Assembly: GCA_020634755.1 (NCBI GenBank)
Contig: JACKBC010000035.1
Span: forward strand, 5,146 to 69,145
DNA length: 64,000 bases
Origin: Caldilineaceae bacterium
GTDB lineage: Bacteria > Chloroflexota > Anaerolineae > Caldilineales > Caldilineaceae
Direction of reading: 5' to 3'
Part shown: one piece after another, positions 62,283 through 64,000 of the stretch
How positions within the stretch are numbered: the first letter of the stretch is position 1
Layout of the letters: the number at the start of each line of letters is the position of its first letter
Position numbers and translations under genes: made by a program
Notes under the pieces: model-generated
Seen by the model: the letters and a program-made list of their open reading frames with translations, nothing else
Database searches by the model: none
Told to the model about the DNA's origin: nothing

Positions 62283-62331
62283 TTACAAAGAACTTTGCAT
62301 TTGCGCCCCTTGCGTTAAAAGGAACCTAAGC

Positions 62332-62904
62332 ATGAAACCGATCCTGCGTGATTTCCCCGACCACTTTGAAAGCGAGCGATTGCTCATCCGTGGCCCGCGT
62401 CCCGGCGATGGCGCCGAATTGAATGCGGCCGTCACCGAATCGCTGGCGGAGCTAAAGCCGTGGATGCCGTGGGCGCAAAAACCACCCACATTGGCAGAGA
62501 GCGAAGAGAATGCTCGCCGCGGCTACACCCGCTTTTTCACGCGCGAAGACCTATGGCTATTGCTCTTTCTGAAGGAATCGGGGTCCAGTACATTGGTGGG
62601 CGGCAGCGGTTTGCACCGCATAAACTGGGATGTGCCTAGCTTTGAGATTGGCTATTGGGTGCGTACTTCATATGCGGGCCAGGGCTATATTACCGAAGCC
62701 GTAGCCGTGATTACCGACTTCGCCTTTGACGTGCTGGGCGCGCGGCGCGTCTTCATCAAGTGCGACGCCAAAAACGAGCGCAGCGCCGCCGTCGCCCGCC
62801 GCCTTGGTTTTCCGCTGGAAGGCACGCTGCACTGCGACACTCGTGACCATTTTGGCAATCTGCGTGATACGCTGGTTTTTGCCAAAGTCCGTAAAGAAGA
62901 ATAG
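62332..62904 (+). CDS. GNAT family N-acetyltransferase (RimJ/RimL-like)
   Basis: SERLLIR N-terminus. GYW......GQGY..EA acetyl-CoA motif. The longer track ORF from 61996 overlaps the CoA-transferase gene and was rejected. Confidence 0.8.
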   Translation: MKPILRDFPDHFESERLLIRGPRPGDGAELNAAVTESLAELKPWMPWAQKPPTLAESEENARRGYTRFFTREDLWLLLFLKESGSSTLVGGSGLHRINWDVPSFEIGYWVRTSYAGQGYITEAVAVITDFAFDVLGARRVFIKCDAKNERSAAVARRLGFPLEGTLHCDTRDHFGNLRDTLVFAKVRKEE

Positions 62905-62967
62905 GAAGTAGGAAGTAAGGAGTAGGCAGGAGCATTACGCGTCTCCTAATCCCTACTTTCTACTCTC
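62903..62967. repeat. Imperfect word-repeat hairpin (aggaagtaggaagtaaggagtaggcaggag ... ctcctaatccctactttctactctc)
   Basis: Same family as 32354-32405. The first word contains the GNAT TAG stop (62902-62904). A further imperfect pair lies at 63088-63138. Confidence 0.6.
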
Positions 62968-63025
62968 TAATGCCTCATACACGGAAAGAGGAGTAAGTCA
63001 CTGTTCAGAAATAACTTGTCGATTT

Positions 63026-63058
63026 AAACCTGTCAGGTCTCGAAGACCTGACAGGTTT
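63026..63058. terminator. Perfect palindromic hairpin (aaacctgtcaggtc-tcgaa-gacctgacaggttt)
   Basis: 14-bp stem flanked by AAA/TTT, read directly. Confidence 0.6.
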
Positions 63059-63141
63059 GGCCGCCAACTGATTTCTTGACGATGACTAAGGATTAAGCAG
63101 GGGGCGTCGCGCGTCCCCTACTCCCTATTTCCTAATTCCGC

Positions 63142-63627
63142 ATGACAAGGAGAAACCCACACATGCTCGACCTGCTGCAAAAAGAACCGTTGAGGCTGCA
63201 CGATATGCAGACGTTTCACACAAAACTGGATGCGGCAAAGGGCTTTGACACCGACTTCATCAAGAATACAGCCTATTTTACCGCCGAGGTGGGCGAGATG
63301 ATCAACGCCTACCGCCAATATATCAAGATCATTCATCGTGCTCAAGCCAATGGTGCGCATATCACTGGCTCGCATCCAAATGGACTTCATATTGATGCTG
63401 ATGGCGCCCCTACTATGGATAGCACGCCCATAAATGAGGATGTCGACCATGCCCACGAACATCTGGCTGAAGAGCTGGCGGACTGTCTGGCCTATGTGGT
63501 CAAGTTGGCCAATTACGCCGATGTGGACCTGGAAGCGGCCTATGTACGCAAAATGACGCGCAACGTGTCGCGTCAGTGGAGCGGGATTGATTTGAGTAAA
63601 AGCACAAAGGAACCGAAAGAGATATGA
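63142..63627 (+). CDS. MazG-like nucleotide pyrophosphohydrolase domain protein
   Basis: FTAEVGEM...EELADCLAYVVKLANYADVDLEAA is the MazG-type E..E / E..D helix pair. An unusual ~35-aa insert lies between the helices. Confidence 0.6.
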   Translation: MTRRNPHMLDLLQKEPLRLHDMQTFHTKLDAAKGFDTDFIKNTAYFTAEVGEMINAYRQYIKIIHRAQANGAHITGSHPNGLHIDADGAPTMDSTPINEDVDHAHEHLAEELADCLAYVVKLANYADVDLEAAYVRKMTRNVSRQWSGIDLSKSTKEPKEI

Positions 63628-64000
63628 CCACCCATCATTTTTCACCTGCGCACTACCATACCACCATTGGCTGGCATGAACCGGTGCTGCACATTGGCGA
63701 TGGCGATACGGTGATCACCACTACGGTGGATGCCCGCGGCGCCGACGCTACCGATAAACCAATTACGCCGCGCGGCAATCCCCAGACCGGTCCCTTTTAC
63801 ATTGACGGCGCCGAACCGGGCGATACGCTGGCCATTCATTTTGACAAAATTGTGCCCAACCGTCGCTATGGCTGGACGCGTAAAATGGTGGCGGCAAACG
63901 TCGTAGATCCGGATTACACGCCAGAACTGCCCTGGAATACGGAGAATAATGGACTGGCGCAATGGCGTATTGATAACGACGCCGGCACCGCCACATTGGA
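63624..64000 (+). CDS. Acetamidase/formamidase family protein, N-terminal part (continues beyond the window)
   Basis: Own translation from ATG 63624 (ATGA overlap with the upstream stop): MTTHHFSPAHYHTTIGWHEPVLHIGDGDTVITTTVDARG...GNPQTGPFYIDGAEPGDTLAIHFDKI, the typical FmdA/AmdA N-terminus. Confidence 0.7.
   Translation, partial: MTTHHFSPAHYHTTIGWHEPVLHIGDGDTVITTTVDARGADATDKPITPRGNPQTGPFYIDGAEPGDTLAIHFDKIVPNRRYGWTRKMVAANVVDPDYTPELPWNTENNGLAQWRIDNDAGTATL

Noticed and set aside
61996-62331. 302-aa ORF 61996..62904 as a single gene.
   Set aside because: Its first 112 codons overlap the CoA-transferase gene in another frame and have no motif. GNAT homology starts at ATG 62332.

Overview
This is a GC-rich bacterial chromosomal segment with about 50 credible CDS. 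I recognised no rRNA, tRNA, CRISPR array, transposase, integrase or phage gene. All protein calls come from reading motifs in the supplied translations by eye; no database was searched.

Gene content:
- Acid-sugar and organic-acid catabolism: dgoD-like galactonate dehydratase, two further enolase-superfamily dehydratases, an AraD1/FAH protein, two beta-hydroxyacid dehydrogenases, glycerate 2-kinase, AKR, SDR, family III CoA-transferase and enoyl-CoA hydratase.
- Transport: three MFS transporters, a CPA2 antiporter, a heterodimeric ABC exporter and an ABC-F ATPase.
- Other: a DUF58-transglutaminase pair, a PAS/GAF hybrid histidine kinase, an S9 peptidase, an intact Phd/VapC module and a decayed MNT/HEPN module.
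- Also a 1001-aa GEVED/SdrD-B/DUF11 surface protein next to a trypsin-like protease, an RNase H-like/TPR protein, a BNR-repeat protein, and a divergent GroEL paralogue with no GroES.

Gene content and repeat style suggest a filamentous Chloroflexota-like organism. That is a low-confidence guess.

I found no canonical defence, mobile or RiPP system. The most unusual signal is non-coding. Almost every spacer between co-directional genes is filled by structured repeats of two kinds:
- Hairpins and tandem arrays built from strand-asymmetric 7-8 nt words, in at least five word families. They resemble cyanobacterial STRR repeats. They often start at the upstream stop codon or supply it.
- Two longer MITE/REP-like families, about 84 bp and about 100 bp, with complementary termini.

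Secondary leads are a PIMT-type methyltransferase with a long C-terminal extension, the GroEL paralogue with a degenerate ATP site, and a dgoD cluster lacking dgoK/dgoA.
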